From the NCBI GenBank assembly GCA_038143065.1, contig JAYQLI010000035.1:640001-704000 (forward strand): a DNA stretch of 64,000 bases, written 5' to 3'. The stretch's first letter is position 1; every line of letters starts with the position of its first letter. A program made the position numbers and the translations under genes. The notes under the pieces are model-generated. The model worked only from the letters and a program-made list of their open reading frames with translations, was not told where the DNA came from and did no database searches. This DNA is from Rhodospirillales bacterium. Its GTDB lineage: Bacteria > Pseudomonadota > Alphaproteobacteria > Bin95. Of the stretch, positions 41,711-53,226 are shown in pieces.

Positions 41711-42493
41711 ATGGAAATGAACCGAAGGTTTGCTGGTAAAACCGGAATTCTAACCGGTGGCGCTAAAGGCATAGGCAAGGCCACATCTCTCCGATTTTTG
41801 GCGGAAGGCGGCAACCTTGTTGTGATCGATAAAGAGCCCGAAGACGGGGAATTTGCAAACGCTCTGCGAAATGATGCAGGTGCCTCAGCCAACCGACTCT
41901 GTTTTATTCACTGCGAGGCTACCGATGAACATCAGGTGAATGAAGCGGTAGCTAAAGCTAATAAAGAAATCGGCGTACCTGATATCCTAATCAACAATGT
42001 TGGATTTGGCGGCAATCCAAGGCCAATCGAAGATCTGAGTCTTGATGAATGGCGTCAATTTCAAGATATCAATTTGACTAGTGTTTTTCTCCTCACGAGA
42101 GCGATTGTTCCAGGCATGAGGGAGAAGGGTTATGGACGCATTGTAAATCTTGCATCAATTGCCGGGCGCAGCATTTCTGAAATTTCCAATCTTCATTACT
42201 CAACGGCAAGGGCTGCTGTCCTAGGTTTCACCAGAAAACTAGCATTTGAAGAGGCAGCATACGGGATAACCATAAATGCCGTAGCTCCAGGCACAGTTTT
42301 TACAGAGCGAGTGGAGACCCGATACCGCGCCCTTCCTGAAGATGAACAGATATTGCGCATGGAAGAAATACCTATGAAACGAGCAGCAAGACCAGAAGAG
42401 ATTGCCTCTGCCATTCTTTTTCTTGCTTCTGATGACGCCAGCTACATCACTGGCGCTGCATTAGATGTTAATGGTGGTCGTTTTATGAGTTAA
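41711..42493 (+). CDS. Short-chain dehydrogenase/reductase (FabG-like)
   Basis: TGGAKGIG, LINNVG, GRIVNLAS, YSTAR, NAVAPG, ITG..L.V.GG. Confidence 0.9.
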   Translation: MEMNRRFAGKTGILTGGAKGIGKATSLRFLAEGGNLVVIDKEPEDGEFANALRNDAGASANRLCFIHCEATDEHQVNEAVAKANKEIGVPDILINNVGFGGNPRPIEDLSLDEWRQFQDINLTSVFLLTRAIVPGMREKGYGRIVNLASIAGRSISEISNLHYSTARAAVLGFTRKLAFEEAAYGITINAVAPGTVFTERVETRYRALPEDEQILRMEEIPMKRAARPEEIASAILFLASDDASYITGAALDVNGGRFMS

Positions 42494-42628
42494 CAACCAA
42501 CAAATTTAGATTTGGGGCTTACATTAATCCGCTACGATTTGACCTTATGGAAAAAGTCGGCGTCAGAGCCTATTTCATGATAGTGAGCATCATCAGTCTT
42601 GTTCCAGCGATAAAAGATTTTAAGCAGC

Positions 42629-43863
42629 ATGAACCGTGAAGATTATGAAGCTTTTTTCCAAAGTGGAATTTCAAACCTTCAAGATGAAGGTCGCTATCGT
42701 GTTTTTGCAGCTTTAGAGCGTTTAGCAGGACAGCACCCCCGCGCTATCTGGCATCATCCTGACGGTAGCAAAGCGAAACATCATTAACTGGTGTTCCAAT
42801 GATTATCTTGGAATGAGTGAGCACCCCGATGTAGTTCGAGCCTCTGAAAGTACTCTCAGAACTGAAGGCGCAGGAGCTGGAGGAACACGCAATATAGCAG
42901 GATGCAATCATTTTCATGTTGAATTGGAGCAAGAACTAGCTGATCTCCATGGGAAGCAAGCGGCTCTGCTTCTAACCTCTGGATATGTTGCAAACGAAGC
43001 AGCCCTTGGTTCTGTGGGCGGCATGCTTCCAAATGCTGTAATTTTTTCAGATGCCCTTAATCATGCTTCGATGATTGCTGGAATAAGAACAAGCCGCGCT
43101 GAAAAGCATATTTTTAGACACAATGACATGACAGACTTACGTCGTCTCCTGCAGTCAGTTGATCCAGCGCGTCCTAAAATAATTGCCTTTTGAATCCGTT
43201 TATTCAATGGACGGTGATATTGCCCCAATTTCTGAAATCTGTGACCTAGCAGAAGAATTTGGAGCCCTTACTTATTTGGACGAAGTTCATGCTGTTGGAA
43301 TGTATGGAGAACGCGGCGGAGGCATTGCTGAACGTGACGGTGTTATGGACAGAGTGGACCTGATAGAAGGCACCCTAGCCAAAGCGTTTGGGGTTGTTGG
43401 CGGTTACGTAGCCGGAACTGCAGCTGCCATCGATTTTATCCGGTCCTATGCTGCTAGTTTCATATTTACCACTGCTCCTGCGCCAGCTTTAGCGGCGGGT
43501 GCGCTGGCTGCTGTGCGTCATCTCAAATTAAGCGGGCAAGAACGCGCAGCTCAGCAGAAACAAGCTCAGTTAATGAAAGACAAACTTTCTGCTGCAGGTC
43601 TTCCGCAACTGCCTTCTGTCAGCCACATAGTTCCCATTCCAGTGGGCGATCCTAAACTTTGCAAGCAGGCCAGTGATATCCTACTGGAAGATTTTGGAAT
43701 TTATGTTCAGCCAATAAATTACCCAACCGTACCCAGAGGTACAGAACGACTACGTTTTACACCTGGCCCAAATCATGACGACCGAATGATCGATGAAGTC
43801 GTCCGCGCCCTTAGTGATGTATGGCATCGTTTAGGTTTATCGTTTGTGGAAGAAGCGGCTTAA
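42629..43863 (+). CDS. hemA: 5-aminolevulinate synthase (frameshifts near 42770 and 43190)
   Basis: [69 protein letters not shown]. Confidence 0.95.
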
Positions 43864-44086
43864 TACGCTTTTGCAATCTTTTGGAATATTAACCCCAGAA
43901 ACGGCTTCTTTTTTGCCTTTAATTGTAGGGCACAAAAGTAAGTGATATCGCAAATCAAATTACAGCCTTAATCGACATTACTTTGACAAATAAGTTAGGC
44001 AACAATTTAAAAACAACATTCAAAAACTAACGACTTTTGGGTTTCAGCATTCGCTCAGGCATCGTAGGCTTTTAGCATGATGTCAC

Positions 44087-45664
44087 ATGGATACTTTTAG
44101 AATGCTTCATACTCCCGAAACATTTGTTCCAACAAAAGCAGTAGTTCGCTCATCTGGCGGAATAGTAGCAGCTCAGCACTGGGAAGCAGCAGAAGCCGGT
44201 GCTGCAGTCCTAAGGGCTGGAGGAAATGCAGTTGATGCAGCAATTGCCACTGCATTGGCTATCGGCTGCGTAGAACCATGGATGAGTGGCATTGGTGGCG
44301 GCGGTTATATGCTTATTGGGCTTGCTGGGAGCAAAAAAGTCTATCAAACAACTTATGGAATGATTGCTCCTAAAGCACTTGATCCCGCTCGTTATCCATT
44401 AGCAAAAGAAGGAGTAGCTCCAGCTGACTTCCTGTTCGTATGGCCTCGAGTAGAAGATGATCGGAACGTGCTTGGTCCGGAAGCCGTTTGCGTTCCTGGA
44501 GCGGTTGCCGGATTTTCCAGTGTTTTGGAAAGGTTCGGCACACTTTCTTGGCGCGAAGCAATTCAACCAGCCATTTCTCTTGCAGACAAAGGAATGCCAA
44601 CAGACTGGTATCAGACACTCCAAATTGCTTACGGGGCTGCAGCAGGGCTAGGAAAATTCAGCGAAAGCGCAAAGACATATCTGCCTGACGGCACACCACC
44701 AGTATCTCTTTCATCCCATTCGCCCAATAGAATTAAGTTAGGAAATTTAGGTAAAACTTTGCGGCGATTGGCTGAAGCAGGCCCAGAAGATTTTTATGAG
44801 GGCAAGATATCAGAATTAATTCTTGCCGACCTCAAAAACTCAGCATTTCAAGCTTCTGATCTGAGTGACTACGATGCTCCCATCACAGAAGTCGAAGGTA
44901 TCGAGTATCGTGGTAAGCGTATTCATCTTGCCAGTGGACTAACAGCTGGGCCCACATTTGCGCGTGCATTGAGATCTATTGAACAAACTATAGATCCAAA
45001 TAAGCCATTAGGGGTCGACGCGTATGTCGCTTGGGCGGAAGCGTTGAAGGAAGCATATGAATACCGTTTTAGAGTGTTAGGGCATGCTGCTCCAGCAGAT
45101 GAATTAGCATGCACCACCCACCTGAGCGTCGTAGACCGTGAAGGTAATATGGTATCGCTTACAAACACTTTGCTGGAAAGATTTGGGTCGCGCTATATGG
45201 GCCCAGAGACAGGTATTTTATTTAATAACGGAATGATGTGGTTTGATCCTGAACCAGGGAAACCAAACTCTATTTCTGCAGGCCAACGCCCACTCTCCAA
45301 TATGTGTCCAACAATTGTCACAGAAAATGGATTGCCTGTTTTTGCGTGTGGAGCCTCTGGAGGACGACGAATTGTTCCGGCTTGTTTTCAATTAACCTCC
45401 ATGGCCGTTGATTTTGGGATGAACCTAGAAGAGATCTACTCAACACCAAGATTGGACGTCTCCGGCACTGATGGGGCCATGGCTGATGCTCGACTTTCAA
45501 GTAAAATTATCGAGGCAGTGGGTTCAAGGATGCCCATCCAAGCAACCTTTCAATCAATAGGAACCCGCCCTTTTGCTAACCCACAAGCGGTAATGCGAAA
45601 GGGTAGTGAAAATTCTGGCGCCGCTGTTATAGAAATGGCCACCTCAGCAGCGATATCCGAATAA
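44087..45664 (+). CDS. ggt: Gamma-glutamyltransferase-family Ntn hydrolase, no signal peptide
   Basis: GGNAVDAA, SGIGGGG, VPG, autoproteolytic TTHLSVVD, PLSNMCP. Confidence 0.85.
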   Translation: MDTFRMLHTPETFVPTKAVVRSSGGIVAAQHWEAAEAGAAVLRAGGNAVDAAIATALAIGCVEPWMSGIGGGGYMLIGLAGSKKVYQTTYGMIAPKALDPARYPLAKEGVAPADFLFVWPRVEDDRNVLGPEAVCVPGAVAGFSSVLERFGTLSWREAIQPAISLADKGMPTDWYQTLQIAYGAAAGLGKFSESAKTYLPDGTPPVSLSSHSPNRIKLGNLGKTLRRLAEAGPEDFYEGKISELILADLKNSAFQASDLSDYDAPITEVEGIEYRGKRIHLASGLTAGPTFARALRSIEQTIDPNKPLGVDAYVAWAEALKEAYEYRFRVLGHAAPADELACTTHLSVVDREGNMVSLTNTLLERFGSRYMGPETGILFNNGMMWFDPEPGKPNSISAGQRPLSNMCPTIVTENGLPVFACGASGGRRIVPACFQLTSMAVDFGMNLEEIYSTPRLDVSGTDGAMADARLSSKIIEAVGSRMPIQATFQSIGTRPFANPQAVMRKGSENSGAAVIEMATSAAISE

Positions 45665-45666
45665 AA

Positions 45667-47031
45667 ATGAATGAGCTACCTAGTAATCCTCAAGATCTCC
45701 GGGTTCCAGATCCAGGCATTCGAGCATTATTTAAAACAGATAGCCGTTGGCAAGCATGGCTAGATGTCGAAGTGGCGCTGGCTAAAGCTCAAGCAAAGAT
45801 AGGGATGATTCCATCGAATGCCGCGGAAGAAATATCTAAAAAAGCAGATCTTTCACTTTTTGATAGACAAAAATTAGCTGATGGATTTCTCCGCAGCGGA
45901 CATACGCTAACTCCTTTGATTTGGGAGTTAGATCGGCTTTGTGAGGGTGATGCTGGTGGTTATGCGCATTGGGGTGCAACCACACAAAATATTGTGCAGA
46001 CAGGGGACCTTCTGATTCTTCGAAAAGCTGGCGCAATTTTTCGAAAGCAAATATCAGATCTTTTATTTGTAATGGCTGATCTTGCGGAGCATCATGCGGA
46101 GACAGCCATGGCTGCAAGGACACATGGTCAGCACGCAGTCCCCACAACATTTGGTGCAAAAGTTGCAGTTTGGCTTGATGAAATTTCACGGCACGGAATA
46201 CGGCTTTCAGAAGCGTCTCCCAGAGTATTTCGAGCAATGCTGGGAGGAGCAGCTGGAACTCTCTCATCCTTTGGAGCAGATGGCTTTAAGCTGCAGGAGG
46301 TATTTGCTGCAGAACTGCAAATGACAGCGATGGCTGTGCCAAGCCGCGCAGAAGGCGATCACTTATCTGAGTATGTTTTATTACTTGGCTTAATGGCTGC
46401 AACTACAGGAAAGATTGCTCGAGAAATTTATACCCTCCAAAAGCAAGAATTTGGAGAGTTGGAGGAACCAACGCCTGAAGGCTCTGTGGGATCAAGTACA
46501 ATGCCACAGAAAAGAAATCCATTTATGGCACAAGATATTGTTGCTCTATCTTCAGAAATAAGGATGCAAGTACCTTTAGCTCTTGAAGCCATGCAAACGG
46601 AGGACGAAGCGGATCGTGCGACTTCTTTACAAATACGCCAAGCTACTGAAAGAGCATGTGTTGCGACTGGGGATATGTTCGCTCGAATGAAAATAATTAT
46701 TTCCGATTTGAGTGTTAAACCAGAACGTATGAGGCAAAATTTAGATTTAACTGGCGGACTTATCATGGCTGAGCCCGTCATGTTGGCTCTTGGTAGCAGT
46801 ATTGGAAGACAGGAGGCTCATGACATTGTTTATGATGCAGCTCAAGCGGCTGCACTTGGCCAGAAAAGTTTTGCTGATTTATTGGCAGCCGACCAGAGAA
46901 TTTCAGCAAAACTCTCAAAAAATGACATCAAAAACTTACTGAATCCCTTAAGCTACGTTGGCTTGTCGCCAGAACTTGCGCGGCGCGCTGCATCATCCGC
47001 TAGAGACACCGCTGCCGAATTATTAAATTAA
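45667..47031 (+). CDS. Fumarase/aspartase superfamily lyase (adenylosuccinate lyase / PcaB-like)
   Basis: HWGATTQN, RTHGQHA.P.TFG, GSSTMPQKRNP, C-terminal GRQ.AH domain. Confidence 0.85.
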   Translation: MNELPSNPQDLRVPDPGIRALFKTDSRWQAWLDVEVALAKAQAKIGMIPSNAAEEISKKADLSLFDRQKLADGFLRSGHTLTPLIWELDRLCEGDAGGYAHWGATTQNIVQTGDLLILRKAGAIFRKQISDLLFVMADLAEHHAETAMAARTHGQHAVPTTFGAKVAVWLDEISRHGIRLSEASPRVFRAMLGGAAGTLSSFGADGFKLQEVFAAELQMTAMAVPSRAEGDHLSEYVLLLGLMAATTGKIAREIYTLQKQEFGELEEPTPEGSVGSSTMPQKRNPFMAQDIVALSSEIRMQVPLALEAMQTEDEADRATSLQIRQATERACVATGDMFARMKIIISDLSVKPERMRQNLDLTGGLIMAEPVMLALGSSIGRQEAHDIVYDAAQAAALGQKSFADLLAADQRISAKLSKNDIKNLLNPLSYVGLSPELARRAASSARDTAAELLN

Positions 47032-47043
47032 GAAACTGCTAAA

Positions 47044-47711
47044 TCAGTTCCAACCTGTTTCAAAATACTCCAAATTTTTTGAAGGCATCGACCGGATCCA
47101 TACCTGCCATAAGTGCAGCACGCATATCCGTTTCCGTACTAGCCTTTGTTTCAGTAGCTCGAACAGCTCCTCAGCCATTAATTGAGGAATAACAACCACA
47201 CCATCAATATCAGCCAGAACATAGTCCCCACTGGCGATCGTTACCCCACCAATAACAATCGGTTCGCCCATGCTTTTGGCCTTCCAGCGGCCAACAATGT
47301 CCTTCGGAGTGTTAAATCTACAAAAAGTAGGAAACTGGTTTTCTTTATGAATGAGACGTCGCGGGCCGCCCCATCGACAATGTAACCTCGCACCCCTCTT
47401 TTCATCAGGACTTCGGAAGAAAGTTCACCCATCAATGCTACTTCAAAGGTGTTAGGCTGGCACACTAAAACCTTGCCAGATGGTGCCTTTGAAAGAACTG
47501 TCGCCCAACTTAGCAGAGTTTCATAGTCGTCCTGCCCAAGCTCGAAGTGACCATCGATAGTAAAAATCTCTCCAGCAAGCTTCTGACCAGGATTGAGTGA
47601 AGCAATCCCATGAGGTAACACGCAGTTATCATGTCCCATTGCCCGCAATGCATCATATACTGCGCTTGCATAAAGCTTCTCTAGCCTTTTGGTTAAATCC
47701 ATAAAAGCCAC
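47044..47711 (-). CDS. RraA / HMG-CHA aldolase family protein (frameshift near 47335)
   Basis: AVYDAL, ALMGEL, VDGA.RD, GD.V.AD.DGVVVIP. Confidence 0.87.
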
Positions 47712-47897
47712 ACTCCTACCTACAAAAATACTTTTGCCATTTATTAATGCTTAATGCGGTGAGACTAACGCCTTTTTATATTCTCACCAGAGTTATTGAA
47801 TTTTATAGCCTAAAGGTATTTACCTTTTAAACGCTAACATAAAAGGCAGATCACATTTGGAAAATAATAAATATTTTTATATATTTAAAAGATTTAC

Positions 47898-50800
47898 TTA
47901 AACTCTTATCGAAGATTTAAATGCAGTTTGCATTATATAGACACCGACTTTTTTGAGATCATTACCAATAACTACAAGTGCAGGGACCACAAACAAAACT
48001 AAAAATGTTGCAACTAACAAACCAAAGACAATTGTTACGGCCATGGGAATAAGGAAACGTGCCTGCAAGCTCGTTTCAAAAATCATCGGTGTAAGACCAC
48101 CAATTGTAGTAAGTGAAGTTAAGAGGACTGCCCTTAGTCTATCCACACTGCCTTTAGCCGCTGCCGTTATAAGGTCCTCCCCATCAGCACGACGTCCATC
48201 AATTGTGATGATCAATACGATGGAATCATTCACAACAATCCCTGCAAGCCCTAAAAGGGCAATCATGGAGAGGATAGTCAAATCAAATCCCATAAACAGG
48301 TGCCCAAGTGTGGCACCAATAAAAACCAAAAGGTATGATAAGCATCACTGCTATTGGTCGACTAAAACTACCAAAGACCCAGCAGAGCACGATATACATC
48401 AAAACTAGACCAATAATTGCGCCAGTTTTCATATCCTTAAACGTACCCTGTTGCTCCTCTGCCTTACCCGCAAATCGGTAACTTACCCCATACTTTGCTG
48501 CTATTTCTGACAAACCATCTTTCTCAAGTGCGGCTAAAACATCATTACTGGTTGTTACTGCTTCGTCGATTTCGGCAGTAACAGCAATCCGCCGCACTCC
48601 GTCTTCACGCTTTATCTGAGAAAAACCAGCAGTTTCTCTAAATTCTACAATTTCACTTAAGAGGAATTTGTGTCCCGCTAGGAGAACGGAGATATAAATC
48701 CCGAAGAGGCACATCAGTCAGCGCTTCCTCATTAAGGCTAACTCTTACGGTCACCTCATCATCCCCGCGTGCAAATCTTTTTGCAATCGCACCTGAATAG
48801 GAATCCCTGACCTGACGGGCGACATTTTCCGTTGTGAAACCAAATGCCCGTCCCTTGCTGCTCAACACGAGCACAAGTTCAGGCTTGCCGTACGGCATAT
48901 CGTCTTCAATAGCACTGGTGCCAGAGTAATTAGAGAGCAACTGCCTAACTTCCTGAGCAGCACCTTTTAGAACTGCCGGATCACCCCCTGACAGCCTTAC
49001 GTCTACTTCACGTCCAGGAGGACCTCCCTGCGCAGGTGTTAGAGTCAGACTTTCAACACCAGCAATTGGTGGTAATGCCGCCTTCCATGCAGATAGAAAT
49101 TCATTGGTCCTAACAGATCTCCGGTCGGCTGGAATTAGTTCGAGAAAACAGAGCCTATCTCGTCACCAGTTGATCCGCCTCCTTGTTCACGTCCAACTGA
49201 TGCACCGACCTTTGCAAGGGTCTGACGAACGAGAGTTCCTTTGTTAAAACCCAATGCTTTCTCTGCTGTGTATGCCGCACTTTCAATAGCCCACACCGCT
49301 GTTTCGGTTTCACTACGCCCTCCGCCAGGAGCAAGTCGGACATTTGCGTAAGCCACATCTGCCTCAACAGATGGGAAGAAATTGAAAGCAACACGACCAC
49401 CAGCAACAAGACCAACTGATATAATCAAAGCCGAGACGGCAACAGCCATGGTTATGTATCGAAACTCGATAGCCTTAAAAACAGCATTTTCGAAATGACC
49501 GGAGCGAAAACGGTCAAACCAATTATTAAAAGAAGCACGAAAACCAGTTTTGCTAACAAAGGAGCTACTCAACGCACTTTTCATATGGCCTGGCAACGCC
49601 AAAAAACATTCAATCAAACTTGCTAGAAGAGCCGCAACAACAGCCATTGGAATGGCAGCAATTATAACCCCGATAAGGTCCCCTATTACAAAAAGCGGCA
49701 AAAAGGCTGCTACCGTTGTTAATGTTGAACTAACGACAGGGGCAGCCATTTTACGAGCGCCCTGCTCTGCTGCGTCTAGCGCCGATAAGCCTTTGCGTCT
49801 TAAGGCCTCTGCATGTTCACCGACAACGATTGCATCATCAACGACAATACCAAGTACAAGGATTAGACCAAACAGGCTTATCATGTTTACAGATTGCCCA
49901 GATAACCACATCACTGATAGAGCTGCCATAAGTGATGCGGGTATGCCAATCGCGACCCAAAATGCAACGCGGGCATTGAGGAATAGGAAAAGCACAAGCA
50001 CTACTAGCACGAGCCCACCCGCACCATTTTTCACTAGAAGCCAAATTCTTTCTTTTACTAAGTTGGACTCAACGCCGTATTTTTCGACCCGAAGTTCTGC
50101 GGGGAGAGTTGGCAAAGTCTTTTCGAGATAATTATCAAGGAGTGCAGCTGTCTCCAGACTATCCGCCGTCGTGGCACGCTGCACCAAAAGCACAATTGCA
50201 GGTTGGCCAAAATGCGATGCACTTACTTGATCTTTGTCATAAGACTCTCGAACTAAAGCAACATCAACAATGCGAACCTTGCCCCCTAAATCATTATTTT
50301 TCAGTTCAATAGAAGAAATTTCTTCTGCAGTCTCTGCCAGACCTAAACTGCGTATTTGACGAACACCTCCCGCTGTTTCTCCCGAAGGAACATCTTGAGA
50401 AGCTTTGAGTAATAGCGCTTGCGACGTCCCCCACTGTTAGGTCCAGTGCGCGCAGCCTGAACGGATCGACTTCTACAGAAATTTCCGGATCGCGCATTCC
50501 AGAGAATGAAACCCGGTCGATCCCGGCCTTCATCATTTCATCGCGCATGCGTTTTCCTAGGGTCCTCAGGGCTGCTTCTGAATAAGGACCAGAAATTGCG
50601 ATCCGTGCTATCGTGTCATAACGAACGATCCGCGCCACATCAGGCTGCTCACTGCCTTCAGGTAAAGTTGTTGCGCGGGCAACAGCAGCATCGACATTTG
50701 CAAAAGCAGTCTGCATGTCAGCGCCTTGTTGAAATTCTACTATGACAGAAGCTGCGCCCTCTCTCGCTGTAGAGCGCACCCGCTTAACATCGTCTAAAAA

Positions 50801-51069
50801 GCGAACCTCTCGCTCAATTGTTTGTACAATAGATAGATCGACATCATCCGCAGATGCTCCTTCCCAACCAATATTTACTGAGACGATATCAATCCCAAAG
50901 TCAGGAAAGAATTGAGTATTCATCCTCCATAAACCAGCCAATCCAGCAATTATCATGATAGCCATGACTAAATTAGCGGCTGTAGGATGACGAGCAAAAA
51001 GACTTATGAGCCCCCTCTTGGTGTTAAACCAACCAATTCCTCTGAACTGGAATTGTTGGGACTATTCAC
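47898..51069 (-). CDS. RND efflux transporter permease (AcrB family; several frameshifts)
   Basis: FARHP.AANL, FFP, GIVVDDAIVV.E, GIVVNDSIVL and RLRAVLLTSLTT spread over five consecutive ORF fragments. Start is approximate. Confidence 0.9.
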
Positions 51070-52301
51070 GGATCTGAACCTTTTAAACCTGGAGCTATTT
51101 CGGGAATGCGTTACAACAAGCCTACTGTCTTCAGCTATGTCTCCTGAAATAAGTGCATCAAAACGATCCAGGGTTAGCACTGAAATAGATACTTCTACCA
51201 AGCGCCCATTGTCGACGACATATACTCGTTCTGAGTCATAAACAGCACTCTCTGGAACTCGAAAAACATTTTCATAAGAAATATCTGGGGTGCGCGCTTC
51301 TACAAATGCACCAGGGCGCAAATCGTATATATTCTGGCCTCCACTGATCGGTGCATAAAGCCAAACACCACCCGAAGTGGCATCAAATTCTCCTTGAACA
51401 CGAGATAAAGTAGCATTGAGTTTGATTAGGGTTTCACCCGCTCGCCAGATAATTTCAGCAGGCCGCCCCTGAAACCCACCATTTACGGCAAGCCTTCCAA
51501 CTGAGCGTCGCTCATGTGGAAACGGGCCTCTAAACGCTCTCCATCAATCAATCTTGCTATCTTGTCAGAGCTACTAACACGTTTCCCAATCGCTGCAGAA
51601 ACATCAACTAAAATGCCATCAAATGGGGCAAGTAAACGCGTCTCTTCAAGATCACGTTTAGCTCTTTTCAATCGCACCTCCGCGCGCGTCACGCTAGCAG
51701 TAAGACGTGAAATCTGTGCTTTCAAACGAGCAATTGTCTCAAAGCGCACCACTCTATTTTGTCTGGAAGAAAGATAAGCAAAACGCGCGTCATCAACACT
51801 TTTCCCTGATACCACTCCATTGCCTAACAGACTTTTCTTCCGATCAAGGTCTATCTTGCGAAGTGTCTCTTGCTCTTTATCAAAAACGACAAGCTCCTGG
51901 TTGGCGGCAAGGTCCGCCTTAGCTTCTTCAAGTGCTGCATTTGCTTCTAAAACAGCAGCTTCTGCATCAACAACTTCTGTTTCGTATTTGAAGGGATCTA
52001 CTGCAACCAGTAATTCACCCTTTTTAACCCGTCCTCCAGCGTAGAAATTTGATCCAGTTTCGACGACACGGCCCTCAACTAATGGACGAAGATCAGAATC
52101 TCTTGACGAAGTAATTCGTCCAAAAAGTTTTAGGTTTGGTTGAAGATTAGTTCGCTTGATTGAGATAGTGTCCACCACCCATTCACGCTCTTCAGCAGGA
52201 TTAGACGCAGCCTCCGGTTTTGTGAGGACCAACAGAGCAAAAAGGCCCCCTGCGCCGCCAAGCAGCGCAAAAACAACAAGTAATTGGACGAGCTTCTTCA
52301 A
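51066..52301 (-). CDS. RND periplasmic adaptor (membrane fusion protein; frameshifted)
   Basis: N-terminal TM, G.VKKGELL, coiled coil, APFDG, LRPG.FV, VPESAV. 3' end is approximate. Confidence 0.87.
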
Positions 52302-52474
52302 AAAATACTCCTCGGCCTAACCAAATCTGTGGTCTAGGCTCAATACGGCAATTCGATATGCCTGGGAAATTATAATTTCGCATCTACCAAGATGCAGAAT
52401 TCCAATCACCAACAATGATCATCTGCTTAGAAATCTCTGTTAGCATTGCTGCCCGTTAAAGATCCCTTGCTACA

Positions 52475-52834
52475 TTGAGTTCTATCACTAAGAATTACGC
52501 AATGAATTCAACATCCGATCATCAAAAACAACAATTTCTTAATTCTTCAGCTTTAGAAGTTGTAGTGGAATTACAAAAAGCGGAGTTAGATCGTCTCCTT
52601 GCGGAAAATAAACGGCTGCATCAACGGATAGATCAGTTACTTCAATTGCAAGAAAGAGAGCAGGTCCTGCGTCAGCAGCTGCAATCTGTTTTAGGAAACC
52701 CATCAAAAACGACTCAGCTCCCGAATACACTATCATATGGCAGCGAAGTTCAATCCTTACAGACACGATATGGAAGGTTGAAAGATGCCTTAGGTGTGCT
52801 GCTTGTAGCGCTAGAAAAACGTTCTAGAGGTTAA
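52475..52834 (+). CDS. Hypothetical coiled-coil protein
   Basis: 119-codon ORF with heptad-like Leu/Gln/Glu pattern filling the gap between the RND genes and the Rieske gene. Confidence 0.5.
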   Translation: MSSITKNYAMNSTSDHQKQQFLNSSALEVVVELQKAELDRLLAENKRLHQRIDQLLQLQEREQVLRQQLQSVLGNPSKTTQLPNTLSYGSEVQSLQTRYGRLKDALGVLLVALEKRSRG

Positions 52835-53222
52835 CTATAACAAACTCACCCTCTGTGGTCACATCTACTGTTTCGACTTCAAGCTGCTGAGCGTCTCCCA
52901 CCTCAACATCGTAGGAATGAGTTTTCCAGCGATTTGGATCAAAACGAGACTTTCCAGTTCGGAGATCAAACTCCCACCCATGCCATGGACATCTAACAAT
53001 CTCACCCCCACGACTATAGCTATAGCAACCTGGTCGATCTGCTTCGACTAGACCAATAACAACACCTTCGGACAATAGCCCCCCCATATGTGGGCAGGCA
53101 TCACGCAGGCCAAAATATTCTCCAGCAACATTAAAAATTGCAATTTTACGCCCCTGAACCTCAACACTTAGTCGCGCACCCGGTGGTATATCCATTACCT
53201 TTGCGGCTATGTGTTTTGCCAT
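52824..53222 (-). CDS. Rieske [2Fe-2S] ferredoxin
   Basis: CPHMGG ... CPWHGWEFD..TG. Confidence 0.92.
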   Translation of the reverse strand: MAKHIAAKVMDIPPGARLSVEVQGRKIAIFNVAGEYFGLRDACPHMGGLLSEGVVIGLVEADRPGCYSYSRGGEIVRCPWHGWEFDLRTGKSRFDPNRWKTHSYDVEVGDAQQLEVETVDVTTEGEFVIVNL

Positions 53223-53226
53223 GTGA

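Noticed and set aside
41711-42493. SDR with YxxxR in place of catalytic YxxxK as a novel variant
   Set aside because: AGG versus AAG is a single substitution in an error-rich sequence.
49550-50131. Long antisense and alternate-frame ORFs in the track (e.g. 330-806, 47953-48408, 49550-50131)
   Set aside because: They overlap well-supported genes and show no motifs, so they are shadow ORFs.
47898-52301. RND pump and other split genes as true pseudogenes or programmed frameshifts
   Set aside because: Fragments are contiguous and motifs are intact. Breaks occur at similar density in core genes and no shared slippery-site structure was seen.
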